DNA of 64,000 bases from Lobosporangium transversale (Eukaryota), in the NCBI RefSeq assembly GCF_002105155.1, contig NW_019029011.1:186001-250000 (forward strand), read 5' to 3'. Every line of letters begins with the position of its first letter. The stretch's first letter is position 1. The translations under genes and the position numbers were made by a program. Below are positions 10,986 to 25,650 of the stretch, in pieces. The notes beneath the pieces are model-generated. The model made no database searches and had not been told where the DNA came from. It saw only the letters and a program-made list of their open reading frames with translations.

Positions 10986-12459
10986 ACACAAGTATTTGGG
11001 TGCCGGCATACCCACAAAAAATTTGTAAGTTCTGTTTATTTTCGTCTCCTGTATCCTCTCTACCTAATCTTTTGCCTCTGAATTTCTGGACTAGCTTTGA
11101 AAATCGTACAGATCAACAGATACGAAGGAGAACCAATCAACGCCTCAATACTTCGCGATGGATCCAATGACTACAATCTTCTTGAAGGCAGATACAGACC
11201 CTGCCTATTGGTTTGCTGCTGCAGTGATCTTTAAGCCTTATCTAAATAGCAGGAGGGTATTTGGGACATATGTACTTATCATAATTATCGATGACACTTA
11301 AACCATATTCGTATAAGACATTTCACTTCGAAACGTCTTCTTTCCCTAGGACTTCCTATCATAAAAACCATGACTCCCAATTTAGCCTTGTGCTCTGACA
11401 ACGACTCATGATTTTTAAATGTTATTAGATTTTGGCATCGATTTTGTTTCCTCTGGATCCATGAAGAGGAAAAACAGTCGTTTCATTTGCTGTATCTTCA
11501 TCTGGCACCCTAAAGCAGATGGACGAGTATCATGCCGATCGCCTCAGCATAAGGGTTCGACTTATTATAAAAGGATGCAGCTATTACTTCGATAGAGTAA
11601 TCATTGGCGATTCAGGTGTCTACCATAGAGGTTCTTTACAAACTCGCGAGTTGAGATCTTCTTTGGGAAACACTGTCCAATGTCTAGAACAGAAATGCCT
11701 GCCATGAAAATTTGATACCGGCTGTAGTACATCAACAACATGTATAGCCGTTGATCTTTCCGTTGGTTACCAAGGAAATATACTCGCCTTATCTAAAGAA
11801 TCCCTTTGCTAACCTAAGGAGAATAATGAGCGTTGCCTATGAAGAGAAATAAAATACATAAGAGCATTGTCCTTTTTATTAACGAAAGCTGCTTTTTCGG
11901 CAACTACCACTGGCAGTAAGAACGCTGGTTTAACTCATTTGAGATCTTGGTCGCTGTAATATCCAGTAGTCTGCTAAAATGAGTGCGAATACTTGTCATG
12001 ATTCCCCTGACAAGCTCTAGCTGCGGTACATATAGGGGGGTGTCGTCATATTTTCTTTGTTGGCTGAAGATTGGCAAAAGGCGCGGATGCGCGAAATCAT
12101 CTCATAAAAACGTCCCTCTATATCACGGACTGATGTGCTTGAAATAGCCATTGGACTGTCCTCTCATTTTCAGTAATTTTTCAAGCAAAAAATACTCAGC
12201 TGGCCTAAGTACAAATATCTTTATTAATTCGAGAATATTTTCAATGCCTTCTGCCTGCAACTATTGTCACCTTTGCATGAGCAATCAAAGGTCAAACTAT
12301 GAATTAATATACCTTTAGAATTTTTCTCTTTACAATTTAAGGAGAAAGAAAGACAACACTTTAGAATAACAGTTACATTAATTAGGCAATAATCTACATG
12401 CACAAGGGCCTGTTAAATTCATTTTTATTTCAGAGATTTTTTTTTTTTTTTTTTTTTTT

Positions 12460-15400
12460 TTACAGCCATTGCAGCCAAGTACAATCCATCTGAGCGTATT
12501 TAAGTGGATTGGACGCTTGTGAGATTAGATCCAAGATTGTCTGATTGGCTGGGATGTTGGTGCCACGGCCCTTCTCTCGCTCCGGCTTACATGATAGTAG
12601 TGATGTGCGCTTCAATACTTGTTCCACCGTTGAATTCACGCGTTCACCCAAATTCTGTTCATTTAACGGCTTCATACCTGCTGTAAACCAACTCACCAAT
12701 TCATCTCGAATAAATATACCCAAGTATTGATCAAACTCAAACTCGGGCTCTGTCAAGCATCTCGCTATCGACATGAGTGAGCTTGTGAATACACCCTCAA
12801 CGCCTGTCGGAGTAATAAAGTGTTGAATGTTGGGCGTGAACCGGAAAGGCACTGGTTCAGAATTCGAAAAAGTTGTTGTTTGCGGAGAGAACACTTAAAA
12901 AAAAAAAAAAAAAAAAAAATAAGGCATTTAATTGATATGCATAGAGTGCACAGGTATGTATACTTAGTTTTGATAAAGCTGTCTTATGTTTTCTTACCTG
13001 GGAGCATATCTGATGTCCAAACGTTTCCTGTCTGCAATGAAATAAACCACTTGGTAGGGAAGCGGTGGCCAATACTCATAATGTACGTCAGGAACGTCAC
13101 AGATGCCATTTGTGCTGTGAACTGCTTGCGGATCATCCATAAGTCAGTGTACGACTTCATGTTACGTGCCATAAAATCTGTCAAGATCGTTTCTGGGATC
13201 ATCTTGGATGCAATTTCATCCGCAATCTCCATCTTGAGATTCAGCATATCCGCTTGCTTCTTGATGTCCATGCCAGCCTTAACTTTCGCAGTGTAGTACA
13301 TGATAGGATCATCCTTGTGGATACCAATCATGTGACAATGTTCCTCAAAGACTCCATGCAAAGACGCATACGAGGGATCATCCTGAAGGATTCGGATCTG
13401 TGGCGCTAATGGAATAATAAGCGGCAAGTGAAAAAATAGATTACGCTTGCGACTTTCTTTTTTCCTTTCAAGGATTCTACAGTTGAAGAAAAATAAAATC
13501 AGCACAGCTTTAGTGTCTCCTGATCAATACTATTGAACACTTTTTTTTTTTTTTTTTTTTTTTTCATCGTAGCTCAATCATAGTCAACTTACTCATTCAG
13601 GATCCTAAAGAGCTGCATCACACGTTCTTCTCTGCGTCCTTGTCGAGAAGCAGGTTGTTGCACAATAAACGGATGTAAGCTTCCATCATGGCCGCGGATA
13701 GTCAGTCTTCGGCTACAGTTCATAGGACCACGCAAGAGCTCTACTTCAGACTCAAATCGATCAATTCGAACAAAGTCATTACTGTTATCCTTCAATAAAA
13801 GGTACTGCCCTGGGATGTCGACATCCTCAAACTTTTGATGCTGGAACTCTGCCAAATAATGGCTCCAGTTCTCAAGCTGTTGTCTTCTGGGTTTGCTATC
13901 TAGAATATCCTCAAATTTATCTCTCCAGCGTTGCAGTCTGGTCACAAATTGGCTCAGTGTAGGTTTGTTGGCAATAAAATCATGCACAAATGCTGCTTTC
14001 ACTTGTGGTTGAAACAAATTCTCAGAGAATCGAGTCAGGTTGGCCTCTGTAACATTAGAGAGCTGCTCGCTCTCATTGTTGAGGATCAAACGTTGAAACA
14101 ATTGCTAAGGATAGTAATCGTAGTAGAATAAGAAAATATTTTAAAACATAAATAAATGAAGTTAGTAACTAAGCAAATGTCAAATTTTTATGGTCATCAG
14201 GAAAAAAAAAAAAAAAAAAAAAAAACTGAAGGGTACCTGGAAGCTGTCTGTCAACAATGCAACGATGAGACGGTACATATCCTCTTCTGGAGAAGGCTTC
14301 AGACGCTGTTGAATCTGATCAACAATAGATTCCATTGACAATGCTAATAGTGGGTGGGCTGTCTTAAGAATATTCATGATATCATCCACGTGCTCCCAAG
14401 GTTTACGCATAGGATTGACACCTGTAGCGTTAGTGACTAAGCCTGGAAATTGCGCAGTGATCTGCTGAAGCCTTGCTTGTGCTTGAGCATGAGCTTGAGC
14501 TTGAGCATGGACATTCGCTTGCGCTTGTGCATGAATCTGCACTTGGGTTTGAACTTGTGTCTGCGCTTGGGCTTGGGCTTGAGCTTGAGCTTGTGCCTGA
14601 GCTGGATTTTGTTGAGCTTGTTGGACCAACGCCTGGAGATTGGCCTGTGCCTGATTCAATGCCTGTGCTTGCATTTGTAATTGTGCTTGTGCTTGAGCTA
14701 AGTGTTGTGCAGTGGCTTGAACCTGTGCTTGTGCTTGCATCAATAGCTGCTGAGCTTGTTGCTGTTGAGCTTGTTGTTGTACCTGCTGCTGGGTTTGTTG
14801 CTGAGCCTGCTGGGTTTGTTGCTGCTGTTGAGCCGGAACATTTTGCTGTCCCTGTGGGTTCTGTTGCGCCTGTTGAGCCTGCTGTACCTGTTGCCCTTGT
14901 TGACTGGGTTGATTTGCTGTTTGGGCTGTCAGTTGATTAGAGGCAGTATTAGGAGTGCCGGGCTGTGGGGACTGAGGCCCATTAGTGGTACTGGTAGCCG
15001 GCGTCGTTGCAGTAGCAGCAGGGGTTGATGTTGTGGCTGCAGCTGGAGTCGTGGCTGGATTTGTATCAGCGGTCGAAGTTGGCTGGGTTGTCGGAGTTGA
15101 TGCAGAAGTGGGAGTCTGTGTCATGGAAGGTCCTGCGACTGCAGGCGTGGTAGGAGTCACTGGTGTAGTAGCGCTTGTCGTATTGATATTTGTCTGACTC
15201 GATGCTTGCTGATTCTGCTGGTTTTGTTGTGTGGCGTGGCCTGCTTGCTGTTCCTTTGCCTGCTGGTTCTGTGCCAATTGCTGCGCTTGTTGTTGAGCTT
15301 GCTGGCCTTTTCTCATAGATGCATACTCCTCTCTCAGCGTTCGCAGTGAGAAATGAAGGGCCTATGTCATAAGTAGAAAGGTATATCATAAGTAACAAGA

Positions 15401-18400
15401 GTTTTTAAGCTATAGTGACGACCCCAAATCTAATGATTATAAACATAGAGGATGGGTACTTGCCTGTGGGAATGACTTGGCGATCTTCATCAGAATGTGG
15501 CGGGCATGCTTGGCTTCTTTTTGGTGTGTGAGTGACAAAAGAAGCTGGGGAATAAATGTGATCCAGTACCAGACAGGTACCTCTCCTTTGAAGGCTTCAA
15601 ATGCACGATACACAGTGCCTTGACTGTCATCCTGTGTCATGAGCCACTGGATTCGCACAAGATACTTCCTGGACTTAGAGCTCTTGTAGATACCAGCAGC
15701 TTGCAGGTAACAGCTTACAGCATGACTGGCTAGAGTGATTTCCTTGGGTTTCTCCTTAAACTGTTGATCATTGTAGTTACCCCATGCTGCCCATGCCTTG
15801 GCAAGTCCCAAGTCGATTTGCACTGCGTTCACAAATGCCAAGTTGGCTTCATCATGTAGAGATAACTTAGCGAGGAACATCCCCTTCATGGTAAAAAACT
15901 CGGCCTTTTGATTTGAGCTAAAATACATAAGGTTTGTATTGTTGATAACCTCGAGTCCTGTGGTCAATTCCGCCTCATTCTGGAAATGACACTTGGCTTG
16001 CTCTCGCAGCTTCAAGAAGGCTTCTTGAATCTCAATATTTGGTAATGTATAGATCTTCGTTAGTTGATTGATACAAACATCCGCCAGTTGGTGTTTTCTC
16101 GCAACATGAGCAAATCGATTGATGATCCAGGCGGTTTCATGATAGCCTCTGTACGCAAAGGAATTGGAATTAGAGCCACCAGTACCAGGGGTGACAGACG
16201 GCAGCTGGTGGATTAGTGGTAAATAGGTCTTATTGATTGCTGAGAATATATGTTGACGCCAGGCTACAAGATCGCTCCACACATTGATATCGTCCCATGT
16301 GTTGGGTAATCTTTCTCTCCAAGTCTGAAGCGTGCTTTTCAGGTCCTGAGATTTGCTTTCCAGATTCAGTGCTGTCGTGCTTGCTAAACTTTGATAGATC
16401 TGATTTGCTTCAGTGAGTTCAACAAACTGCTGGAAGACTTGTAGGAGAGGTACATGAGTCTGAGACACTACTTCCGGTAGTGTATGCCATTTCCACAGCG
16501 ATAGCTGGACGCCTTCATCGCATAGCTTGGCAAACTCTGAAGTGTTCGCCTCTGTCGATTGCCCATGAGGTTGATTGGCTTTGATGAGGGCCAAGAATGC
16601 CTCAAACACACGACGCCGCGGCGTTGGTGCTTCCGTGATCGAGTATACTAGTTGCTCCATGACTTCACGTTCTGAAGTCCAATCCGAAAGCCTCCAATTT
16701 GACTCTAACAGCAGTTCAGTGTTGTTTTCATGCTTAGCAAGATCTGCCAAAATGTCCCAGCTTTGAAGCTTCTGTGTGCAGGTAATCCAGTGATCCTCCC
16801 AAAGTGAGTATTCTGATTCTGTAAATTGTAAAGCCCCTGTCCTTGCTTTGTTGACTGCGCTTTCGTACATGATCTGTGCTTGTTGCCACATTCCACTCTG
16901 CTCATAGGAGATGGCTGCATTTGTCTCTGAGTACAGGCAGCGACGTCTCCAAAGACCATAAAACATGTCTTCTTCCCCTAGTGTCGTATACAACTCTGCT
17001 AGAGCATCCAACGTGCTATTCCGTAACTTCTCCTCATCTTTAACTCCGCTGGTATCGCTAGGTTTACCATCAGGGATCGAGTTTTGCAGCAAATGCGTCG
17101 CGGTATGCCAAGCACAGAACCTCTTGCCCAAGTATTTGACAAGATGAGGAGGAAGACGGATGGCTGGAGTACAGCGTGATATACCTTCTAGCAGGGCCTG
17201 GATAACATTGGGGCGTGTATCTTGTTGCTTGTTATGGTATTCTTTTGCTAGTAGCGGGATCAAAATCTTTGTCAGTTCTTGCTTTTCCTTGGTTGAGGTC
17301 GCTGACCAGTAAAGAGGGAAGAGATCAGTCCAAAGACGGTGCGTCACCACGGGGTCCAGATGTTGCAGCTGCTTGAGCGGCAAAATGACATCGTTCGTAT
17401 TCAACAGGTTGATTTGAGCCAAGAATTCGCGATGCTTTGTCAAGAATTCAAGCAACTCAGGGGAGCCTTTAGTCTCAATTTCATCTTTTCTTTCCGCGAC
17501 TACAACTCCGACTCTCTGGATAGGTTTAGTCTGGAGTCCATCTGATGAGAGTGGTAAGGCTCTGGGCTTAATGACAACCCCAAACAAGATATCGAGTGCT
17601 TGCTGAAGCCAGCATTGGCCACCAAGATATTCCCATGACTGACCACCAATAACATATGTCAGACGAGTGTACAGTGACCGACCGATGCTTCTGTCAAAGA
17701 TATCTGCAAATTGGTTCCGAAGGCGCGGGTTATCGCTCCTGGTGCCCATCAAGAATGCTTGCTCAAGTCGCACCGTGAGCTCTGAACGGGCAAAGCTTGG
17801 GTCATTATAGATGGCTACAACAAGCTCCAGAAAGTCTTCGATCAACTTCTTATCACCCCGCGTTTCCAGACACATCATCTTGACCATCAAGCTCGCTTTT
17901 TCCTTGATCGTTGGGAATGTTTCTGTCTTTCCTGTAACCCATTCTGTTGCCATATCAAGGATAGCTCTTGAGAGCTCAACGTCTGTTGACTTTTCAATTA
18001 ATTGGATTAATGATGTCAAGTACCAGCGTCTTTGATCACCAAGGTGGGAAATTCTGAGTTTAAGTAGTCGAAGGGCCGTAATAAGCATATTGGTCGAGGA
18101 GTCAGGGCCTGTGGACTGGCTAGCACTAGTTGCTTGTGTAGGCGAGATATGGTCCTTGGTCAGCTTACTTACAACCTTCATCACACCTGGGACAAAGGCG
18201 TCAATCGCATCTTGCCGGAATTGACACGATGATTGGATCAGTGTTAAAACAGAGTAAAGGTTTGTCAAATTCAAAAGCCCGTCATTGATTATGACATCTA
18301 CCGCAGCGATGAACGACTGAACATCTGACGAAGGGGGCAGTGATGCGGATGTGGAGGCTGAAATATGCTTATAAATAAGATCCATGATGGGCTGAAGGTT

Positions 18401-21400
18401 CGTCACAATGCGAGGGTTATCAGACATTAAACACCTATCCAGCAGACGATAGAGTTGTGAAATATGGCTCAAGAACCAGGGACCAGATTTGTTTTCAAGT
18501 AACACGAGTAGGACCTCCAACGAGTTGCATGCTACCACTTGATTGGTATCATTCAATTCTGGCGGCAAAAGAGTACGCTCTAAGAATTGAAGCCGCACGT
18601 TTACCTCAGGCCAGAATTCGGCACTCAGAAACTCTCTCAGCAATTCTACAGCACGAAATGGCAGACCCTTCTTGGATAACGGCTCTGCAATCGCGCAAGC
18701 AAACCTGACAAGGAAGTTGATGACGCTCTCGCGTAAAGCAAGATTTGGCGTATATGATGACGTAGTGACCGGCGCAGCGACACCTGTCGTCGCGACTGTC
18801 GCTGTATCAATTTCCATAGCACTCTTAGCATCTCCAATACGACGGCGTTCCCATTTGAGGATTAGCTCGGCTAGATTGATAGTCAATGCACGACTTTCAA
18901 GGCTTGCACTCTGAACAAGACCCAATTTGGATAATGTAGTAACAATTTGAGGTAAGAAGTGCTCACGGCTCTCATAGAATAGATCAGGATGGCGGACAAG
19001 CAACTGGTAGACATTCATCAATTGAGAACCACTATGGCCATCCTCAACCAATACTCGCTGAGTCCAACGAGCCCACGTCGGATACTTGGGGGATTCTGTA
19101 GAAGGGATTCTCCTGGGAAGCACCGGCGCAACAATATCCAGTGCCTGTTTTACCAAAGCTTTAGCTTCTGACTGGTGAGCTCTAAGAAGTGCAACATAAA
19201 TTTGGATGATAATTTTGCTTGGGGTCTCATAGGCTGCGATAAATCGTGCAATCAGGACATAGGCAGCTTGCTTTCCCGTAATATCGTCGAGCTTGAGATA
19301 ATTCCAACCAAAAATGATAATGTCTTTCCTGGCCTCCGCGATCAAGTCTGATGCGAATTGCAGGATAAGCGAGGTCATTTGAAGCAGCTCGATCCTCAAT
19401 GCATCGTCCGTGTACTGATTATCCTCTTGGTTTTCGCTCAATAATGGCTGCCAGATCTTGGAGTGGATCTCAGTGATCATGGCATGGTCGATAACGTTAA
19501 GGTAGTCAGAAAATCCCCGAGAGAAAGTAACTAGAAGCATAGGATTGATGATCACTCTAAGCGATTGCATCTTAACTCCCTGAGAGACTTCACTGTTCTG
19601 GAACATGACGAGAAATTGCTCCAAAATGGCACGCTTCCTGGCAGCTGGGGCCTTGATGGCGATCTCCTCTTGGTAAAACATCTTTAGGAAACTGAAATCG
19701 ATTACGGTTTCTTGCGTGAAAATGCTGATCATCTCAAAGATCACCTCCACATCATCTGGATTATGCTTGAGATAGAGAATGAATGCTTCGACCAAATACT
19801 GGGATTCACGCAATGCAGGCAACGATAATGTATCCTCCGTCTGAAGGCGTTCTAAACGAGCGGGTGTACGCCACATGTTCAAAAGCGAGTCTAAAACAGG
19901 TCGGTTAGTCGAAATAAAATCCTCATTGAATTTGCAAACAGCCCTTGTAATCGTAAGTCCATGGAACTGGACAGATGCATCAGCATTGGAAAATGTCTTA
20001 GCGATCAATTTTTCAGGGTTTCGAGTAATTTCTGCTCGTAGCGGTGCAGCAAACTCAAGAGACAGTAGATCTACGAACAGTCGACTGTGTTGTTCTTGCG
20101 TCAAACGGTCGAGGAAATATTCTACAGCCTCTTCACTATATCGGTTCAGGAACTTTAATAGAGAATGTCGGAAGGGACTAGATGCAGCACGACGCAGGTG
20201 GCTTTCCATTTCAAGGACAACGGTGACAAGTTGGTCCAAAAAAATGTTTGCTGCTTGTGGGAGAAGGCAGAAGACGTTCAGGATACCAACAATGATCCGG
20301 ATCTCCTGGTTTTCACTTAAAGGTTTGCCGGCACACTCTTGCAACATCGTCGGCTCAGCCCATTGTCGCAAATGATCCAGCAACTTATAGCCGATCTCTA
20401 CTTTAAAGTAGTTGACAAGGAGTTCCAGTAGGCGAGCAAGGCCCTCAAGGCCTGCAACAGTCAGGCGTTTGTAATCTGCAAGATTCATAAGGATGGGTCT
20501 CAAACCAGCCTGGAGCAGGTCGCGAGGTAACTTGTGTTGTTGCTGCAAAACCTGTTTCAGCCCCTTATTCGCAACTTCCACCACTTCAGAGGATTTGCTA
20601 TATAGCGATTTGAAGAAAACGGAAATAATACGCTGTCTTGTTTGATTCTGCTTATTGGAGCTGAAGTCGTTGCAAGCCATAGCTGCTGAAAGTAATTTGA
20701 TACACACAATTCGAAGATTAATGAGTGATGATGCACTCTTGTACTGCGACGTCTTATGAACCAACGCTTGATCATCGGCGTCTGCTAATGCTAATGCCTC
20801 ATGTAAAAGCCTAATAAGCTCGTCGTTGAACTCGAGGAAAGGAGGGCTCAGTGATAGACAAAAGGTGATTGCATCGATATGTCCAATAAGCATCGCAAAT
20901 GGAAGTGCGCGTAAGGGCTTTGCAAAGATTGGAGTCAAAAGTCGATCACGCACAGGCGCAAGAAGCTCAGTCTTATCGTTTCCTGTCAGATCTGCGAGCA
21001 ATTGAAATGATGACTGGATGGTTTCACGCACTGAACTATTCGAGTTGGAAAGCTCAGAGATCAAAAGTCCGATTAAGTTGTTAAATTTCACCTGTCGATC
21101 GGCTGATTCTCCAATGTCCTCGGGGCGGTTGCAAACTTTAAGAACGTGTGAAAGGGTCTGGGTAGCGTCATCAACGTTTCCGGTTGCCAGTTCTGGTGAC
21201 ATGTCCTTCAGAATGTAAAGTAGGGCTTTCACAAATTCCAATTCATGATCCAACATCCACTTGGCGCCCATATCCAGTTGAGAACACATAATGGAAATTC
21301 CGAAGCAACCACCACTCTTTCGATACCACTCCTGCTTATAGCAGCTGGAAGAGAACCTAGTTGCAAACAAATGAAAGACTGGAAGCTGAAAGAGTACATC

Positions 21401-23653
21401 CTTGCTTGAAGTAATAGTGGTGCACGTCTCATACAGCAACTGGAGCGCAGACTCGGTTAATTTTCTTAGAGTTAGGTTTTCCGATGTTGTAATATCTACA
21501 ACTGCGTCAACAAAGACGTTCGTATCTAGATACATTTGGCCCTTGATGTGATGGACGTCAAATGTGAGTGATTTTGATTCCTTGAAATCCAATGCCTCGC
21601 CAACATGAAGCAATGCAAAATGGCGAATGATTCCTTGTAAGAATGACCAAGCATCGTCTCTGAGCTCATCAATTGAGGCAGCCATGAATAATGAACGGAT
21701 TACAAGGCCCAATGCACGTTCCTGAGCCAGCTTTTTGCCTGCAGGAGGTGATCTCTGAGTATGGGATCGTTTATGGTCGAATTTCCCAAGATTTCCAGGC
21801 TCGTGATCAATCTCCATGGTTGAAAGTGCTGTGCTGGTACGTGAAGGAGAATCTTGGGATGTAAAGATTGCTATCCTCTTTTGGATTTGCTCTGCAAGAT
21901 CGTCTGGTCCGAGGGAAGTGTCGATAAGAAGCGGAACACACCCTTTCAAGAATTTGTAAGCGTGCTCGCGGTAAAAGATGTTGGCATTAGCATCCTCAAG
22001 CGTTTGCGCTGCAAGCGCTAGTGTTGCATCCAGAGGTAAGTTATGTGGCTTCAATGATGGATCGAAGTATATTTTAATGTCAACGCCCACGTCCGCAGGT
22101 GTGTGATACTGAAGCTTGGGCGGATATTTGAGCATTCTGCGATTCCTTCCACCAAGCTTCCCCAAAATCCTCATTGCTGCATGACTGTGCATAGGGTTAT
22201 ATGGGAGAGGCTTGAGATGTTTCCAGAGAGCATTCATGAGCTCAGTGATCACAGGCGCCATGATAGGATCCAAGAATTCCTGAGTCAGATTGTCAATACA
22301 CAGCTCCAGTGTCCTGAGGCCTTGACTCACAAGCTCCGAGTTTGCCTGAAGAGCCAATACCAGAGGGTTCATTAAGTAATTAAGATAAGGGAGAAGAACA
22401 CTCAGCCGTACCGGGACAGTCAAACAAAGTTCAATGAATAATTCTCTCATGTGTTGCTTATTTGCTAACGCAAGTAAGCCATTTAGGCTCTCCAGTAAGA
22501 CTTGCAAAAGTGGCTTGACCTCATTGTAGAGTAATTCAAATCGACCTCCTCCGATGCTCCTGAAGAGATAGCGTAATAATATAAAATAATTGACTGGTTT
22601 CTTTGCTTTGGTTGATAGCTTAATTGAGTTCATGATGATGTTGCCGAGGTGTGGCTGCAAAACAACCTCGTTCGCTTCTGGAAATGGACTCACTGCCCTG
22701 AATGCGCACTTAAAAAGCCGAAGAAGAACATATGAATAATTTTGATCTTCTCCGCCCAGTTTGTCCAGTCGATCCACCAAGAATCTGAACAAGATCCCCG
22801 AAAGGTTCTGTGAAACTGTCTCATTCGCTAGTAAAACTTGAGGGATTAACAGGAGCGAAATGTTGTGTAGTGTTTGATCAAAGAGGAAGCCCATCTGCGA
22901 TGTAAAGACTTCCTGGAAGATGGCAGGATCTGCAATTGTAAATATAAGCGCAAAGTGCTCAAGCGTCTCCTTCTCCTCCTTTGACGTAAGGCGCACTCGA
23001 CCAGCAGGCGTAGCGTCCAAAGCCGATTGATCTTCAATAGGTTGGGGTGCGGGTGTAGAGTTATCGACCCCATCCAATGTATAATAGTCAAAACATTTGA
23101 GGCCTTCCTGAAAGAGTCTCGTAAAGATTTCTGACAATTCCTGGACATATTCGCGTGGGGTAGCTGGGTTCGCTCCTGTTACTACCCCAACCTCATTCAA
23201 ATTCTTAAGGTTAATCAAGATAGTTTTCATGCCAACAACTAAGTTCTTGAATAGAAACCGTGCCTCTACAGAGATAATAAAGCAACGTCAAGTAAAGCCT
23301 GTTAGCGTTATAGGATATAGTTAATTTATCAGATAATCGATGCTAAGGGCATTTTTCAGCTCCTACCCTTTGCGGGATCAGGTTGAACATCGTTTGAGAT
23401 CGGACTAGTGTGAATAGAGCGCGCCTTTTCAAAGTCAAAATCCTCTTCTGTCACCTCATCACCATTCTTTTTTCGCTCGGCCTGCTTTTGTATTGCAGGA
23501 AACGCGCGATTCAGTGATGCAAATTTGTTTGTAAATGTGTCTAGAATCTTGATTAGAAGGATTTTTCCTAAAAGTGAAGAGGATGTAAAATTAGATGCCT
23601 TCAGTGGTTATTTTTATTTTCTTTTTAAATTGATTTATAAATTAGTAGATAAA

Positions 23654-23692
<39 letters not shown>

Positions 23693-25210
23693 AAAGAAAA
23701 AAAAAGCTAACCTTCGCCGTTTGGAATTCGAACAATGCAAACCACAAGATTCAACAAGAGTTTGGCACACATTGTTTGAATACTATATGCCATGCTAGGG
23801 TCATGCAAGTTCCTTGAGTAAATATAGACTGTCTTTGCGAGCTGAGTTGGAGTCAATTCAGTGCGGACGTGGTGAATCAAATCCGCCAAGATACTGTAGG
23901 CATAAGGCCGCAATGTCTCATAAGATGTAACACCAGTTCCGACAAGTACTTTTTCATTGAGCAAGATATCGATTTTGGGTACAAATGCTTGTCTGAAATC
24001 AATAGACAAAATATGCTTCGTCGCCACAAGAAGTTCCTATTATCAATAAGTAGGGCGATGAGTTTCGCAGAGGTTCTTATTTCAAGCCACAATAATGGGC
24101 CTAATTTCGTTATTCACACTCACCTTCCTAGTGGCCGCCGCTTCAGGTGGGCAGTCACGCAAAAGACGGACCACAAAGTCTGGAATAGCATTTTGATGGG
24201 GCCGTAAAACGTTTGCAGAGCCTCGGAGGATATATGCGAGAAATGACATGGTCTATTCCCATTTTTTTATATATATGCACAATTAACTTTCATGCTCTCA
24301 CTGCGGGCTGTGGTGAAACCGAAATTCGATATGGCACTTGGTAAATAAATCTCACCTTGACTTGAGCAACAATAAAGTCCAAATACACGCTTCTATTACG
24401 AATACCAGGACTGACTCCAACGAAAATCTCACCACGAGCTGCTGCCATACGCTGTGCCTCAGCTTGTTGACTTGCTTGTAAGCTCAAGGTCTATTTAATA
24501 AGATAAAAGGTTAATTTTAGAATGGAAGAACTAGTCGAATCAATCAACGCCTCCAAATAGCTTTTGCTGGATTACCTGGATAATCAGCGGGATAAATGTT
24601 GCAATATTGGGATTCACAAATTGGCGATGCGTTTGGAAGAGCAACACGACAATAATAGGGCATTCTGTCAACACTTTAAAACTGAACAAACTCTTAGCGA
24701 GGACCTTGGAAGGTTGATCAGGCATATCCGATGCGGGTGAGACTGGGCGAGGTGATGTGAGTGCTGATGGGCCACCAGGCTGTTCATCGAAGGAAGATAA
24801 ACAATAGTGATCAGTTATGAATTGATTGGAGTATTGATGGTAGCAAGCTATGATTTATTTCAGGAGGACATACTGTTTGACCCAAAGGAGTTCCAGGATT
24901 ATCGAAGTTGTCTTTTACTGTTTGTTCCATATTCCTGTACATTTCCTGAACAATATCGATGAAAGGTTGTACTTGGTTCTCCAAGATTTGCTTATATGAA
25001 CGGTGCAGATCGATTATGGTTTTCAGACAGATGACCGCATTGTCCTCGTTCTCAACTCTGAGAAGATGCATGAGCAACTTTAGTAAGTCAGGGGCGTATG
25101 TACGAAATGAATCATTGTGTGGAAAACGATGGAGAATCTCCAGAATAGTACTGCGTAGTTTCTAAAAAAAAAAAAAAAAAAAAAAAAGTAATTAGAGCGA
25201 CAATCGTATT

Positions 25211-25243
<33 letters not shown>

Positions 25244-25650
25244 TATATAAAAAAATAAAAAAATAAAAAATAAAAAAAAAAAAAAAAAAAAAAAACCGAC
25301 CTGCTCGGGAGCATTACTTGCAAAGACTGGTTGACCGTTCATTAATATGTCTGTAAAGACTGGCATCAAAATTGATAAAAACCGCGCATATTCGACTGAT
25401 TGGAACATCTCGACCGAATCCCGAAGCTCTGAGGCAATCTTTACCTTGAGCTTAATTTCTATTAAAAAAATAATAGTAATAGTAATAACAGAAGGGAAGA
25501 GAGACAATAAGTATATATGCTGGGTCAGCACACTACCCAGTAATTACTTGATGTAGCCTCTCAGATGTCTGCTTCTGATATCTTACCTAGGCCAGGATCA
25601 GACAAGCGAGTAGCAAAAACCTCACAGTTGACAACCGCTGGTGCAGCCAT
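12460..25650 (-). CDS. TRA1: Tra1/TRRAP PIKK-family pseudokinase scaffold of SAGA/NuA4, multi-exon
   Basis: [38 protein letters not shown] region [33 protein letters not shown], and the FATC end [11 protein letters not shown]. The ATG at 25650 ([10 protein letters not shown]) is inferred from exon structure. Confidence 0.97.
14460..15316 (-). repeat. Low-complexity Q/QA/TP-rich coding insertion in Tra1
   Basis: (QA)n, polyQ and T/P-rich tracts lie between ALHFSLRT and [11 protein letters not shown]. Confidence 0.85.

Noticed and set aside
5500..12400. Terminal inverted repeats or a TSD bounding PIN-Fanzor copy 1
   Set aside because: No convincing inverted or direct terminal match was found by eye, so the boundaries are left undefined.
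12984..13100. Missing kinase catalytic motifs in Tra1 (IGHRFP, TSDML)
   Set aside because: This is expected, because Tra1/TRRAP is an established pseudokinase.
14450..15197. Leu/Val-rich + strand ORFs
   Set aside because: They are antisense shadows of the Tra1 Q/A/T-rich insertion.
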